From contig ADNK01002363.1 of the NCBI GenBank assembly GCA_000320545.1, forward strand, positions 91,145 through 155,144: DNA of 64,000 nucleotides. Direction: 5' to 3'. The notes under the pieces are model-generated. The model saw only the letters and a program-made list of their open reading frames with translations, made no database searches and was not told where the DNA came from. Within the stretch, counting starts at the first letter, position 1, and each line of letters opens with the position of its first letter. Below are positions 1-12,695 of this stretch, one piece after another. The position numbers were made by a program, and so were the translations under genes. Source of the DNA: Bigelowiella natans CCMP2755 (lineage: Eukaryota; Protista; Cercozoa).

Positions 1-67
1 AAGTCTGACAATGAAAAGTGAAAGGACAGTAGAAATCATCAGTTTAAAAACACAAACTTATTGTCAG

Positions 68-502
68 GTATGTGCGGTAGATCCTACTCGCCAAACTTCC
101 TGTACATGTGGCCCAACGCGCAGATCAGCGTCATGGGAGGGCAGCAGGTGCTATTACCTCCAATCCAGAAAAAAGTGGCGTTGAGTGGGAAAGGGGGATC
201 GAATTGAGTGGATGTGCACTTGTAGCTGTTGTTCGCTCGTCTGTTGCGCGCTAGCTCCTTACTATGTTATTCCTTTTTTTTGTATCTAGGCGGCAAGTGT
301 GCTTTCCACCATCCAAAGGGATAATGCAAAACTGAGAGGAGAGGAGGTAGTGTGGGTCGGTGCTGTTAGTGGACTTTAATTCACTGAGAGAGAGTGATAC
401 GGAGGATGTCGACAACATGCACCATCACATATATTTATCAAAGTATAACCTACAATCCCCCATCCCCCTGATCTCGCGTCCTCCGCCCCGCCCCCCCCCC
501 TC

Positions 503-541
<39 letters not shown>

Positions 542-1122
542 CCACCTTCCCCCCCCTTCATCAACAATAGTGGAGCGACGAGCAGGTTGCAACCTTTGAG
601 AAACCTATTAAGGTATTGTTTCAAGCACATACCTTGTTCTGTATATTATGGTCGTTGTCATCATCACTATCAAGTCCATCAGTATTCCGCGTTAACACTC
701 TGATGTCATGTTTCTTATTTCTCATCCTATTTCTCCTCATACTCGATCTCTATCGTACTGTATTTTATCTCCACTTTGCAGGAAAAATACGAGACCGAGG
801 GGAACGCATACTATTCCTCAGCGAGATTGTGGGACGACGGCATCATCGATCCTGCGGACACGAGGAAGGTAATATAGATACAGTATTTTCAAAAACTGAT
901 AGCTGTAGCTCCCGCCACTTTTTTGACACCGATTTTTCTCAAGAACTTTTCGTCGAATAGAAAAACTTTTTCACGTTGTCACATGTCGCTTTTAATCATG
1001 GAAAGTGTTCTGTGTTCGTTTCTTAATGATCGTCGTATTTGGTGCAGGTTCTCGGTTTGTCCATCAGTGCTTCGCTCAACAAAACACCAAAAGATACCAC
1101 CTTTGGTGTATTCCGAATGTAG
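68..1122 (+). CDS. MCCC2: 3-methylcrotonyl-CoA carboxylase beta subunit, 3' part (5' exons lie outside the window)
   Basis: Exons 68-147, 290-346, 571-612, 782-868 and 1048-1122 splice in frame to [32 protein letters not shown]...[30 protein letters not shown]...FGVFRM*, the canonical MCC-beta C-terminus. Confidence 0.95.
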
Positions 1123-1199
1123 CTTCGTGATTTATTAACATCCCCTCAACAACATGCAACACGTTCTTTTGCTCATTCATTTTGATTAGCATCTTGGAC

Positions 1200-2372
1200 A
1201 AAAAATAGATATGAGAGCAAAAGAGAATGCAGCACAAATCTGCCTTTCGCAAAAAGCATGTGGGCATGCCTCCAAGTGCATAGTGCATAAGGGTTTGCAA
1301 GCAGTGCATGCAAATTGCGCATGCCTGCTTCCGTGGCATGCAATGATGCATGAGATGCATGTGTAGGGTGCAATCACAACTTGGACACAGCTAGACAGAA
1401 AACATCGATGCTGCATCACACGTTGCGCGCGCGCACGCATGCAACGTGAAACACACACAGTCCAACCCAGACATCGATCGAAGTATCACAGCAGTGACAC
1501 GACTGGACGTCATCCCCAGTGTGTCCTGTGTGAATTGAAAAATGCAACCTAGCAAGCCTGGAAGCGCCTGCATTGCGGCGACACGAGACAAATGAACCAA
1601 TGAATGATGAATGACAATGCAGCATGCAAGCCAGCAAGCATGACCAGAAAGTTCATAGTGTCCTAGTGCGCAACACAGTAAGCTCTAGAGCTGGCAATGG
1701 ACAGCGACCCGCGAGAAGTTTGCACTGCTGCTGCTGGTGCGTCCAGCAGGCTAGCAGGTGTGCTGGCGTGTCTTGCGCGTTTTTGACTCATTTTGTCACT
1801 TTCTTGCACGCACATGGTCGTTGTGCTGTGTTGTGCACGCACACACGCTTGCCCTAACATTGCATGCCACATGGATGATGGGGCGGATGCCACGTTTTCG
1901 TTCTGCACGTGCACTTTGTCCAAGTGCACGCGTGCGCGCAACAGAATGCCTCACGTGCTTTGTCGGCACACGTGTTGTTGCCTGCGAGCTTGCTTGGCTT
2001 CGCAAACGCGTTTTTCACCAGTGGCGACACACCTCAATGGACCATGTGCACTTTGTCAATCATCGCGATGTCATCGAGGGCTTCAATTGCATCGAGGGTG
2101 TGAAGTCCAGTGCTGGCAACAGGGTGGCAAAGGGTTCAACACGCGTGAGTGAATGGGTTTCCAGTGGCACGGCGAAGTGCGGCTGCACGACTGACGAAGT
2201 GTTTTCAATGATGAAGTTGAACGAATGAAGGAACAGAGGAACGAACGAATCACTGAATGAAGCAGTTTCAATGCAATTGTTTCAATGGAGCAGTTGAAAG
2301 GACCTCCATTGGCAGACTGCCTTCGCTCTCGATGTCTGGAAACTCTCGCGAGATTCTTGTTGGAGATCTGGG
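1200..2372. other. TpA-depleted, CA/TG/CG-rich intergenic island
   Basis: No TA in 1857-2372; 9 TA in 1381-2372, 5 of them in CTAG. Confidence 0.85.
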
Positions 2373-3078
2373 TACCAAAAAGCGGCGATTTTCGTGCTGC
2401 CGATGATATTCTGGCCTAAACCAAGTAATTTCACCGATGGGAAAACCGGTGAAAAGGAATTCCCCGTAGACTACCTCAAAATGATTCAATGCAAAAACGG
2501 CCTCAGACGACCAATTGATCACTTTTCCAGGTGCGCAACGGCCCGGACTTATGGTTCTTCACCGGCAGACCTAAATTAAAATATCGGTATAATTTCTGAA
2601 TTTTCCCGTTAATGGCGGATGATTCCACAGCAAAAGGGCTGCGTTGTCCCCGATTTGGCATGGGTGCTCCATCTCTTTCTTGTTTCTATGGCAGACGATG
2701 TTGCATGAAGTTTGAAAGAACTTGATAAGCACCGCAAAGGTCAGCTTGTAAATCATAATGATGCGACATCCATATTTCCTTGTCGCAGGTAATAATTATT
2801 GTAGACCTTTCGGGATAAACAATAAGCGGAGGAAGCTACCACCAGAAGGCAACAGCCCGAGTAAACCCGCGAAAGAAGAAGTAGCGAGCGTTACAGGGTC
2901 CGTGTGTGTTCTCTATGCCTTTCTTTGATGCTATCAGTCTAGCCTGTGTCTACTAACCTGTGTCTAACTTCTTCGCATTCTTTGCGACTTTGCCACCGCA
3001 GAAGTTATGTTGCTCAATCTTAATACTCATCCCAAATATGTCTTCAGCGAAGCCTCATCTATTCATCTACCATTAACG

Positions 3079-5054
3079 ATGATGGCCACAAGAAGAATGT
3101 TGCCAAAAGCTCGGGGGAATATATCTCGGAGATCTGCACTAGTTAAGGTTAGATGCTATCATCCTCCTCAGGTGCCCGATCTTAACATGTGTTAATACGT
3201 AATTTGGCAGACGCGATGTATGAGCACTTCTCTGGAATCCAAACACCTTTATGGCCCCACTGATAACTTTGTAAAACGACACATTGGTCCAGAGGAGAAA
3301 GAGATGAAGGAGATGCTCAAAGTAAAGGAATTAAACTCTCATACTTGAGGCACCTCTGATAATTTGACAAATATTAGACGCTCGAAGTAAATTCTCTTGA
3401 TGAACTTATGGAGCACATCGTCCCTAAGTCTATCCGTTCCTATTCGGTAAGAACTTGTTTGAATTTGGATTTTTTAGCCCGCAATTTTGACAACACGGTA
3501 TTGTTTTCAGGAGTTGAAATGCCCAACGAATATGGGTGAATCGGAGGCTCTCGAAATGTTTCAAGTATGTAGTGTTCGTGCTTCCATATACCGCTCATAC
3601 GATTAACACAAATAAAATCCCACAGGAAATGATGGGAAAGAACGAAATCTACAAATCATTCATCGGCTCAGGCTACTACGATACCATCACTCCTTCCGTC
3701 ATTCTCCGAAACCTTCTAGAAAACCCTGCTTGGTACACCCCCTACACACCGTACCAGGTAATGTAAAAACGTGCCATAATTAGGAGATAACCCCTTGGAC
3801 CAGATTATTTACAAGAAAAAACGCTTTCAGTCACTTTCTTTGTTCAGATAATTGAATATCTGAGTCACTATATGGCATGTTATCAAATGTGATTCACCTT
3901 TCCTGCTAGGCCGAAATCTCTCAAGGCCGTCTGGAGATGCTGCTCAACTTCCAAACAATGGTAGTAGTTTGAATTTGCCAAATATATTTCTATGCCTAGA
4001 AATGTATGGTACGGTTGAGCTAGCTTGCGAAAATCTTCAGTACTGTGTCTCTGCTGCATGCAGTTCGTTCCCTTTTGTTCGGGTGTCACTCAATCAACTT
4101 CCCTCAGGTTGGTGACCTCACTGGTACTGGATTTGCAAACGCTTCTCTCCTTGATGAGGCCACCGCTGCAGCTGAAGCTATGACGATGTGCATCAACACA
4201 TCGAAGAAGGGCCAGACCAAGTTCTACGTTGGCACTGATCTCCACCCGCAGACGATTGAAGTAGTTCTGTCTCGCGCTGAGCACTACGACTGCGACTTAG
4301 AAATCTGTGCTCCAGAAAATATGGATTTCTCTAAAGGTCATTGCTTCATCTCTCTATACACATAATTAACTACACATAGTAAATACAATTGGAACTGTCA
4401 ATTTCTCTCTATTTCTCTCTCCCCCCCTCTCTCTCTTTCTCCTCTTGACTCCCATTGTGTTTACTACGAGCAGGTGACGTAATCGGAGTGCTTCTCCAGT
4501 ATCCCAACACTACAGGGGCGGTGTTTGACTACACCGAGCTCATCTCCGCAGCGAAGGAGGCAGGATCCAAGGTGGTGGTTGCGAGTGATCTGCTCGCTTC
4601 CACCGTGCTAAAGCCTGCTGGGGAATTCGGTAGTGACGTGGTGGTAGGGTCGAGCCAGCGATTTGGAGTCCCAATGGGCTTTGGCGGTCCACATGCTGCG
4701 TTCTTTGCATGCAACCAGCAGTTCATGCGTAAGATGCCAGGGCGTGTAATTGGCGTGTCGAAAGACTCCCGAGGAAGGCCAGCCCTCCGCATGACCATGC
4801 AGACCCGCGAGCAGCACATCCGTCGCGACAAGGCCACGTCCAACATCTGCACCGCTCAGGCGCTTCTGGCAAACATGGCGGCTGCTTACGGGATCTACCA
4901 TGGACCCGACGGACTGAAGAATATCGGGTCGAAAGTGCACGGGATGACCAAGGTGACAGAAGCTGGCCTGGCGAAACTAGGCTTTGGTTCAAAGCACGCA
5001 GATTACTTCGATACGCTCCATATTGACACCTCAGCTGTCAACGGTATTATTATT

Positions 5055-5085
<31 letters not shown>

Positions 5086-6755
5086 CGACATAGTAAAGAG
5101 TTGGTGATAGGTAATTTGGGGAAATTAGTATGATTACGAGGAAGATGCTGTTAGGTAGGCTGCTGGAATAATACAGCAGAGCTGCTGCTCTTATACACGA
5201 ATAATCTCCTGTCAGGAGGCTCCGATGCTGTCGTCAAAGCTGCATTGGAGAGGAAGATGAACCTTCGCAAGATCGATGAGAACTCTGTTTGTGTGTCCAT
5301 GGATGAAACTACAAAGCCGGCTGACATCAATAATCTTCTCTCTGCTTTTGCAATGGCCAAGACGGGGAATGACACCCTTCCGACAGGTTGTGGTGGTGGT
5401 GGTGGTGGTGGTGGTTCAATGAGAGGAGAGAGCAGGCACGGGGAGAGGATGATGTATGTTGTATGCTAAGAGAACTAGAGAGAGTAGATATTATGTATCA
5501 GGTAGTAGAGCCATCACATAAGTATCAAGTGCTCTCTCTCCCCCTCTCTCTCCGCTCTCCTTCACGCTTCTCCCTAATCTCTTCTTATGCTAGTACTACG
5601 TCCGTTCAATAATTAATGAATTCGTTGATAGGTGTGGATGCGGAGTCTCTTTCATCGAGCACCGACACCACCGTCTCGGCCAAGTTTGCACGGTCTACTG
5701 AGTTCATGACCCATCCTGTTTTCAATTCGCATCACTCCGAGACTAACATGATGCGGTACCTCAACAAGCTCTCTTCTAAGGTACTATTACCAAATTATTG
5801 GCAGTTGTTGAATGGTGTGAATTATTTATCATTGCATGTGGTAATTAATCAATAAGTGACATTTGAAAAAGTAGTTACTGACAACGTACTATAAATAACC
5901 GCAGGACCTGGGTCTGCAAACGGCCATGATCCCTCTCGGATCCTGTACAATGAAGCTGAACGCTGCCTCAGAGATGATCCCTGTGTCCTGGCCTACCGTT
6001 GGCAAGCTCCACCCTTTCGCACCTGTCGAGCAAGTGCAGGGATATATGCAGATGATGCAGGAGATGATCGACGATCTTGCGGACATCACGGGATTCCACA
6101 CGGTGTCGCTGCAGCCAAACGCAGGCTCGCAGGGCGAATACCTTGGGCTTAAGGTCATCGCAGCCTATCACAAGGATAATGGTGAGGCTCATAGGAACGT
6201 GTGTATCATCCCCGTCTCCGCACACGGTGAGTATTTCTATAAGATGAAACCTATTCTGTCGTCGTCATCATCGTTGTCAATATCATCATCATCATCATCA
6301 CACTATCATCATCACTGTAGATCTTGAGGTCTTCTGCTTCATTGCACTACTACCTGTTACTAGATGCCTGATGGTTGTTACTTCCTGGTGCTACTACTGC
6401 TACTACTGCTACTACTACTACTACTACTAACTACTCACAGGGACCAACCCCGCCTCCGCTGTTATGTCTGGCATGCGTGTTGTTACTGTCAAGTGTGATG
6501 ACTTGGGGAATGTAGACTTTGATGATCTCACGGCCAAGGTAATTGCTTACATCGCTCTGTTGCAGCCCCTTTCTTCTTCTTGGCGAAATACGAGCTAAGT
6601 TGGTTTTTTATGCACAATGATGATGTTAACGTTGTTCTTTCCATCCACGCCTCCTTCCTCCTTTGTGTTGCGTGCTGTCTCTTCTCCGCCTGTAGGTTGA
6701 GAAGCACAGTGATAACCTTTCTGCGCTCATGATCACGTAAGTAAAGAACAACAAA

Positions 6756-6788
<33 letters not shown>

Positions 6789-7222
6789 CAGGAACTGTAA
6801 CAGTAGTAGGAAGTTTTAGTGACAACAACAGACAATATCGTTCTATCTACCCTATCTACCATCTTCATCAAAATCATACTCATCATCCTAAGCATTTGCT
6901 TGGTGCAATCAGAATCATGACCTCTTCTGATCACTCCCCCCCTTCTATCCCTCAGTTATCCATCCACTCACGGGGTGTTCGAAAGCAACGTCAAGGAAGT
7001 TTGTGAACTTATCCACAAACACGGCGGCCAAGTTTATATGGATGGCGCTAATATGAATGCACAGGTAAGGTTTTAGTGATAGCAGTAGTAAGTAGTAGTA
7101 GTAGTAGTAGTATAGTAGTAGTATAGGGTATAGAGTGGAGTTAAAAATGTGTGTGTGTTCACACTTTGTACATAACAAAAAGGATCGCTGATATACACGG
7201 GAATCTCTCGCTCTCTCTGTCT

Positions 7223-7258
<36 letters not shown>

Positions 7259-7499
7259 ATATATATGTGCATATATATAATATAATTATATATAAAATGC
7301 AAAAGGTGGGTCTGTGTTCCCCCGGAGGCATCGGGGCCGATGTTTGCCACTTGAACCTCCACAAAACCTTCGCCATTCCTCACGGAGGTGGAGGACCAGG
7401 AATGGGCCCAATTGGTGTTGCTAAGCAGCTGGCGCCCTTCCTCCCAAACCATATCAATGCTCCAAACTCTGGAGGTATTTATATGTATTCGCAATAGCG

Positions 7500-7531
<32 letters not shown>

Positions 7532-8602
7532 CCTGTTGGTCGTTCATCTTTTAAAAAAAAAACGTCACCACGATCTCTTCCATCATAAATAAAATAAAAT
7601 CATCACCATGCTCCATATTCTTCATCATCGTTATCATTATTTGCCACTACATCCTTCATTGATTGTGATATTATTATTATGATCATCATCATCATCATCG
7701 AAGGTGACAAGCCTGTGAGGGCTATCACTGCAGCCCCCTTTTCCAGTGGGTCTATTCTCCCAATCTCCTATATGTACATCAGAATGATGGGATCGGATGG
7801 GCTCAAACTGGTACTACTGCGTACGTGCATCCCGCAGCTTCTTTCTAGTGAAGAGAGGGGAAGGGGGAGGGGGGGCGCCAGTCCAGAACAAAATATGGAT
7901 GCGATCTGAGATGTATTGAAAACAGTTTTGTGCTCACACCACCACACTTTCGCTTGTCACCATATCATTATTATCATCATCATCATCATCATCACTTCTC
8001 CATGATTCAGGCTTCTGAGGTTGCTATCCTCAACGCAAACTACATGGCGGAACGCCTCCGAGGCCACTTCAACATTCTGTAATACGTAGTAGGAGCAATT
8101 AGTCTTTTCTTTCGAGAATTTGAGAGATGATGGTATTCTGGTATTGTTTCACCACAATAATACACGGAAATAACCACAATAATACATGAAAATAATTAAC
8201 TAGCTGATATCATAGCATATCATTCATTCACTTATCCATCCTTCATCGGGAGTAGGCGTAATAAGGAGGTTGATTTAAAACATTGTCGTCCCCCTCCCAC
8301 CCTGCCCTCCCCATCCTGTCCTACCACCCGTTGATGTAGATACACCGGAGAGTCCGGATTCGTCGCACATGAGTTTATACTTGACTTACGCGAATTCAAG
8401 AAGCACGGCATCACTGAGGAGGACGTAGCTAAGCGCCTCCAGGACTTCAACTTGCACGCTCCAACTATGAGTTGGCCTGTTGTCGGTACGCTTATGGTAG
8501 AGCCAACGGAATCAGAGTCTATGGAGGAGTGTGACCGTTTATGCGATGCCCTTATCAAGATAAGAGAAGAGATACAAGAGGTAGGTGTGTAGGTAGGTAG
8601 GT

Positions 8603-8641
<39 letters not shown>

Positions 8642-9195
8642 AGTTACTTTCTTCTTTGTTCTACTTCGTCTGCATGTGGACATATATCGAAGAAGCAATG
8701 ATGATCATGATGAAGATAATGGTATTATTATAGTTCTTGAGCTTTCTGCTGATGTATTTATCCTATGTACCTCCTCCCTTCCTCCTCCTCTTCCAACTTC
8801 TCCACATGTATAGATCATAGATGGCAAGGCGGATAAAGACAATAATGTCCTCAAGCACGCTCCTCACACTGCGGATGTATGTATTACCTTCGCGAAAATT
8901 AGATCATCATCGTCACCAGCATCATCATCGTCATCGTCATCGTCATCGTGCTGTATGTATGTTATGAACTAGATGCATTATCCATCTGACCGTCTTATTT
9001 TTATTACTATTATTATTATTATTCTCTTTTTTATTCTTTGTCTTGTTTCGTTTGTTAGGCTTGCCTCGCTGACGACTGGGACCGGCCATACAGCCGAGAG
9101 AAAGCTGCTTACCCTCTCAAGTAAGTTAGCTCCGTCCTCCGTGCATGGAAAATATTACCGCAAACCCGTTGCAGTCATCGTTGCTCTGTTTTAGT

Positions 9196-9249
<54 letters not shown>

Positions 9250-9436
9250 TGCGTTGGTTGGTTTGGAAATGCGTTTGTAACAATTTTGATGTTTGATGTT
9301 TTCTTCTTTCTCTCTGCCACAACACAGATACCTTGTGGATAACAAGTTCTGGCCTACTGTGGGGCGCCTTGACAATGTATACGGTGATCGTAATCCTGTG
9401 TGCTCTTGTCCTCCATTAGAGGCGTACGAGGATTAG
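3079..9436 (+). CDS. GLDC: Glycine dehydrogenase (decarboxylating), glycine cleavage P-protein, about 21 exons, mitochondrial presequence
   Basis: Spliced motifs [74 protein letters not shown], the PLP-lysine motif [18 protein letters not shown] and [24 protein letters not shown]. Arg-rich N-terminus [22 protein letters not shown] at 9434-9436. Confidence 0.97.
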
Positions 9437-9559
9437 AAGTAGTAGGGCGAGGCATTATGATATCAGCGTACAAAAGAGATCAAGATCAAAAGTGATCAAG
9501 ATCAAAAGTTTAATTACACGTTATTTTTTCGGTTATTACACTCAATCAATCAGAATAAA

Positions 9560-10215
9560 ACCTTTGATTTGAATGCCATGCAGAGTGATATTGTATTTGC
9601 AAGAGCATATGCGCACCTAGGCCAATTGCGGATAGACTGTGTGGCTGTAGGCATTGCACCGCTGCGCGTGTAACAGCCATGTCTAGTAGACATGCCTGCG
9701 CTAGCGTTGCCTGCCTCTTAGTGCGATGGTCATTTTGACAAACTGTCCTGCATGTGACCATGTTGTGTTAACGTTGTGAGTTGTACGTGCGGCTGTCCAC
9801 GTGAATATTCATATTTATTCCGTCTAGCTAGTAGCCTTAGTTGCTAGCCTGTTGTTGCTGTGCTGGCGGTTACATCTGGCAGATATCACCATGTTCGTTC
9901 GCGCACGGCAGCTGCGCATGTACTGCTGTACGTAGATGTGCACATCGACGTAACATGCATCTAGAACTTGAGATATGATGAGGCAGCCAGCCAATAGCTA
10001 GAGCTTCTGGCACTGCTGGCACACGCCAGCTGTGCGCATCGGCTCAGCTGTGTATTGTAGTATGATGCATGCAGAGCATGTCAGGACAATCTCCACACTC
10101 TAGCACTCGCTAGCTCGAGCTATTTATCGTGCGGCTCGCGAGCTGCCATCGCATGTACCGCGTTTACTGTGACTTATATTCATGGAACGCGCTGGACGCT
10201 ACATATCTGATGCAA
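9560..10215. other. Palindromic-tetramer-rich intergenic island (partial TpA loss)
   Basis: Dense TGCA/CATG/CTAG/AGCT/GCGC between the convergent 3' ends of GLDC and the TPR gene. Confidence 0.7.
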
Positions 10216-10519
10216 AGCTAGAAAGGGTGGCCATAGCAAGAACCACTTTTCGATCGTCGTCGTTCTAAATATATGGAGCATATTCGAGCTTCCTCGATTA
10301 CATGTGAGCCCCGGTACTTAAAATATTTGATATTCTTTACTTAATTTTCATTGATCAAGTTAACGTAACACATACATACGTGATATCGATATACTTGCCG
10401 CATCATTTACTCTGTGCTGTAGCGGCAAGCGGCGATGACAGACTTACTATACATTTTCTGAAAGTGCTTGTTGTTGTTCAAGGATCATATGTTATTATCT
10501 CCATTCTTCATCTCGATTT

Positions 10520-11952
10520 TTACTCAAGTTCATAGTAGTCCGCAGCTGGCTCCGGGCTTTGCAACCCAGGAAACAGAAGGGCACCCAATCCGGCCACCTT
10601 ATAAGGAAAAGTATTAAAAAAACAAATATTTAAGTATGTCTTTTGAAGATCCAACTTTTGCTGAACGCACACAGCGGTATTGGTGAATGAATTACTACCA
10701 ACGCAAAGCTGCCTATACTGACAATCGCCACTCGACGAGCAATAGATGAGTACCGCAGGTCCTGACCCTAATTGGAGATGAAGGTTACTTTCGAAGTATC
10801 ATCATCTTTGCCCTTACAGGCCATGATAACTAGCTTTGAAGCATCTTTCAAACCGGTTGAGAAATAACAACCTCTGCAAGTTCTAATTCCTCATTCACTG
10901 ATTCCAATTCAGGTCTTAAGGGCTGTTCCGGTGCGGGACTTGCTCTTGTTAGCTCCTTTGCATATTTCCACAATTCTTCTTCCATCTTTGCAGTTGAACC
11001 CTTGAAGATACAGAATTATACTACTTAGCTAAGAGCTTTTAGACAAACATAATATCCAATATGATATATTTGAGTGAATATATTATGTCTGTGCATGTCT
11101 ATTTGTAAAATCACGCCTCTTACAAGCCAACGACTATTTCAACTCTGTTAAAAGTTTTGAACGACTGTAAGAATGATGGAAATGTCATACCTGGAGCGGG
11201 AGCAGATCTGGATCAAACTTTGCCTTCTCCAGATCCAAACCTAGCCGAATTGCGTTACCTAAGCTTTGTTGCGCCTTGGTCAAGTCGCCAAACCTCAGAA
11301 ATATGCATGCACTGTTCCAGAATGCAGCCTAAGTGAGTAGTTATGTTTGTATTAATTCGGCTGGAAACATAATCAAATAAGGAAAAATTGCGCAAAATCT
11401 AGCATTTTGTTGACCTGTCTCTGCTCGATAGTAACAAAATCACTTGGAAGCTGGATCACCTAACGACACATGAATAATTATCATGCATGGAGTAAAAGGA
11501 CATACCAACTAGTGATTAGTTGGTTTGGATGGGCAATACCTTTTGGAAGGCAAGCAAGCTTGCTTGAGGATTATTTCGTGCACATTTTCTGCCCTCTTCT
11601 AGAATCTCTGCTACATCGATAGCACCGTTGTTTGGGTCATGTGCCATCCCTGCTACAACTGCACCCTGATCACTATTCACCCTGAAACTTATTTTGCGAT
11701 TCGAGGGCATGATGCGCATTCTCGTTGTCGGTCCAGTAACCTGAGAAATTATGTTGGAGCGCGCTTTTAACTCCTGAACTGGATGCATAGGGAAACTACT
11801 AATTGTATTACGCTGGGCCAAGAATCCGCATTTGTGCTGCGAAGACGATTAAATATTTGTGTGGATCGGAATTGTTGAGAGCATGGTGGCTTCGCCGCGA
11901 AAGCGGACGAAAATAGCAGCACTGCCAGTCCATGTGCTCCCCTGGATGGCAT
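10520..11952 (-). CDS. Putative plastid-targeted TPR-like protein with a C-terminal transmembrane helix (multi-exon)
   Basis: MPSRGAHGLAVLLFSSAFA (signal-peptide-like) plus an R/S-rich transit-like segment. Exon AAFWNSACIFLRFGDLTKAQQSLGNAIRLGLDLEKAKFDPDLLPLQ resembles TPR-end motifs (N.AC...DPDL..L). Last exons give RRVAIVSIGSFAL/VAGLGALLFPG...YYELE*. Confidence 0.7.
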
Positions 11953-12695
11953 TCTCACAAGAAGAACAGCTTTCCTGCTTAAAGTATAAATATATGTCCC
12001 AATAGCCATTAGAATAACAACACTGTATCGAGAGAAGTCAAATTTGTTCATTATCATCACCATCATCATCATTAACCACCACCACCACCGCCACAGATAA
12101 CAAACCTAAGGCTCGGAGCGAGTTCTCTTCGCGTGTATTCCTGTGTCCGCTTCTTATGGATGGCTGTTTTCAAAAAACGCAGGCCATTTTCACTATAAGA
12201 TAAACAAAAACTTGAAACGCACGTTTGCAGACCGCCATCACGGATAAAATCGCAGAGAAGCCGTGAAAAGAGAGTGAAACGTATGAGATTTTCGTAATAT
12301 GAAATCGCCAATGGTGCCTTGGGATGGGTTCTTCAATTTGAACGCGCGCTTACTTGAAAGCGCCTTTTCAGCAGTTTCAGATACAAGTTCTGGCTTTCTG
12401 GTAGAAGTTTAAGTATCTATTTACATGAATATTTAAAATAAATCTCCCTAAAGTATTGTCGTTATTCATAAACAAAATCCTTTAGGCATTAATTAGCACA
12501 TCTAGTACATATATCTGGTTGAAATGAAATCTCATTCAAATTCTTAAATCTGTGGTTAAAGAATGCATTCAGATCCCATTGAAATTTCAAAATTTTCATG
12601 TCGCCAAACTAAAACTAATTCCATCTTTTCAAAAAGTCATGAAAAGCTCCTCTACGGCTGAATTAACAACATTAAGACCATCCTGATAAGTGGTA

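Noticed and set aside
1076-2271. Many overlapping Cys/His/Met-rich ORFs on both strands in the islands (also 15.5, 26-27, 30, 37-38 and 45 kb)
   Set aside because: Artefact of TA loss: TAA/TAG stops disappear and TGC/CAT/ATG codons abound. No splice structure or protein motifs.
68-9436. Adjacent mitochondrial amino-acid catabolism genes (MCCC2, GLDC) as a metabolic cluster
   Set aside because: Different pathways, only two genes, and unrelated neighbours; chance adjacency is sufficient.
9478-9509. 16-bp direct repeat gatcaagatcaaaagt x2 in the GLDC 3' UTR
   Set aside because: Simple local tandem duplication with no spacers or element; not CRISPR or a TSD.
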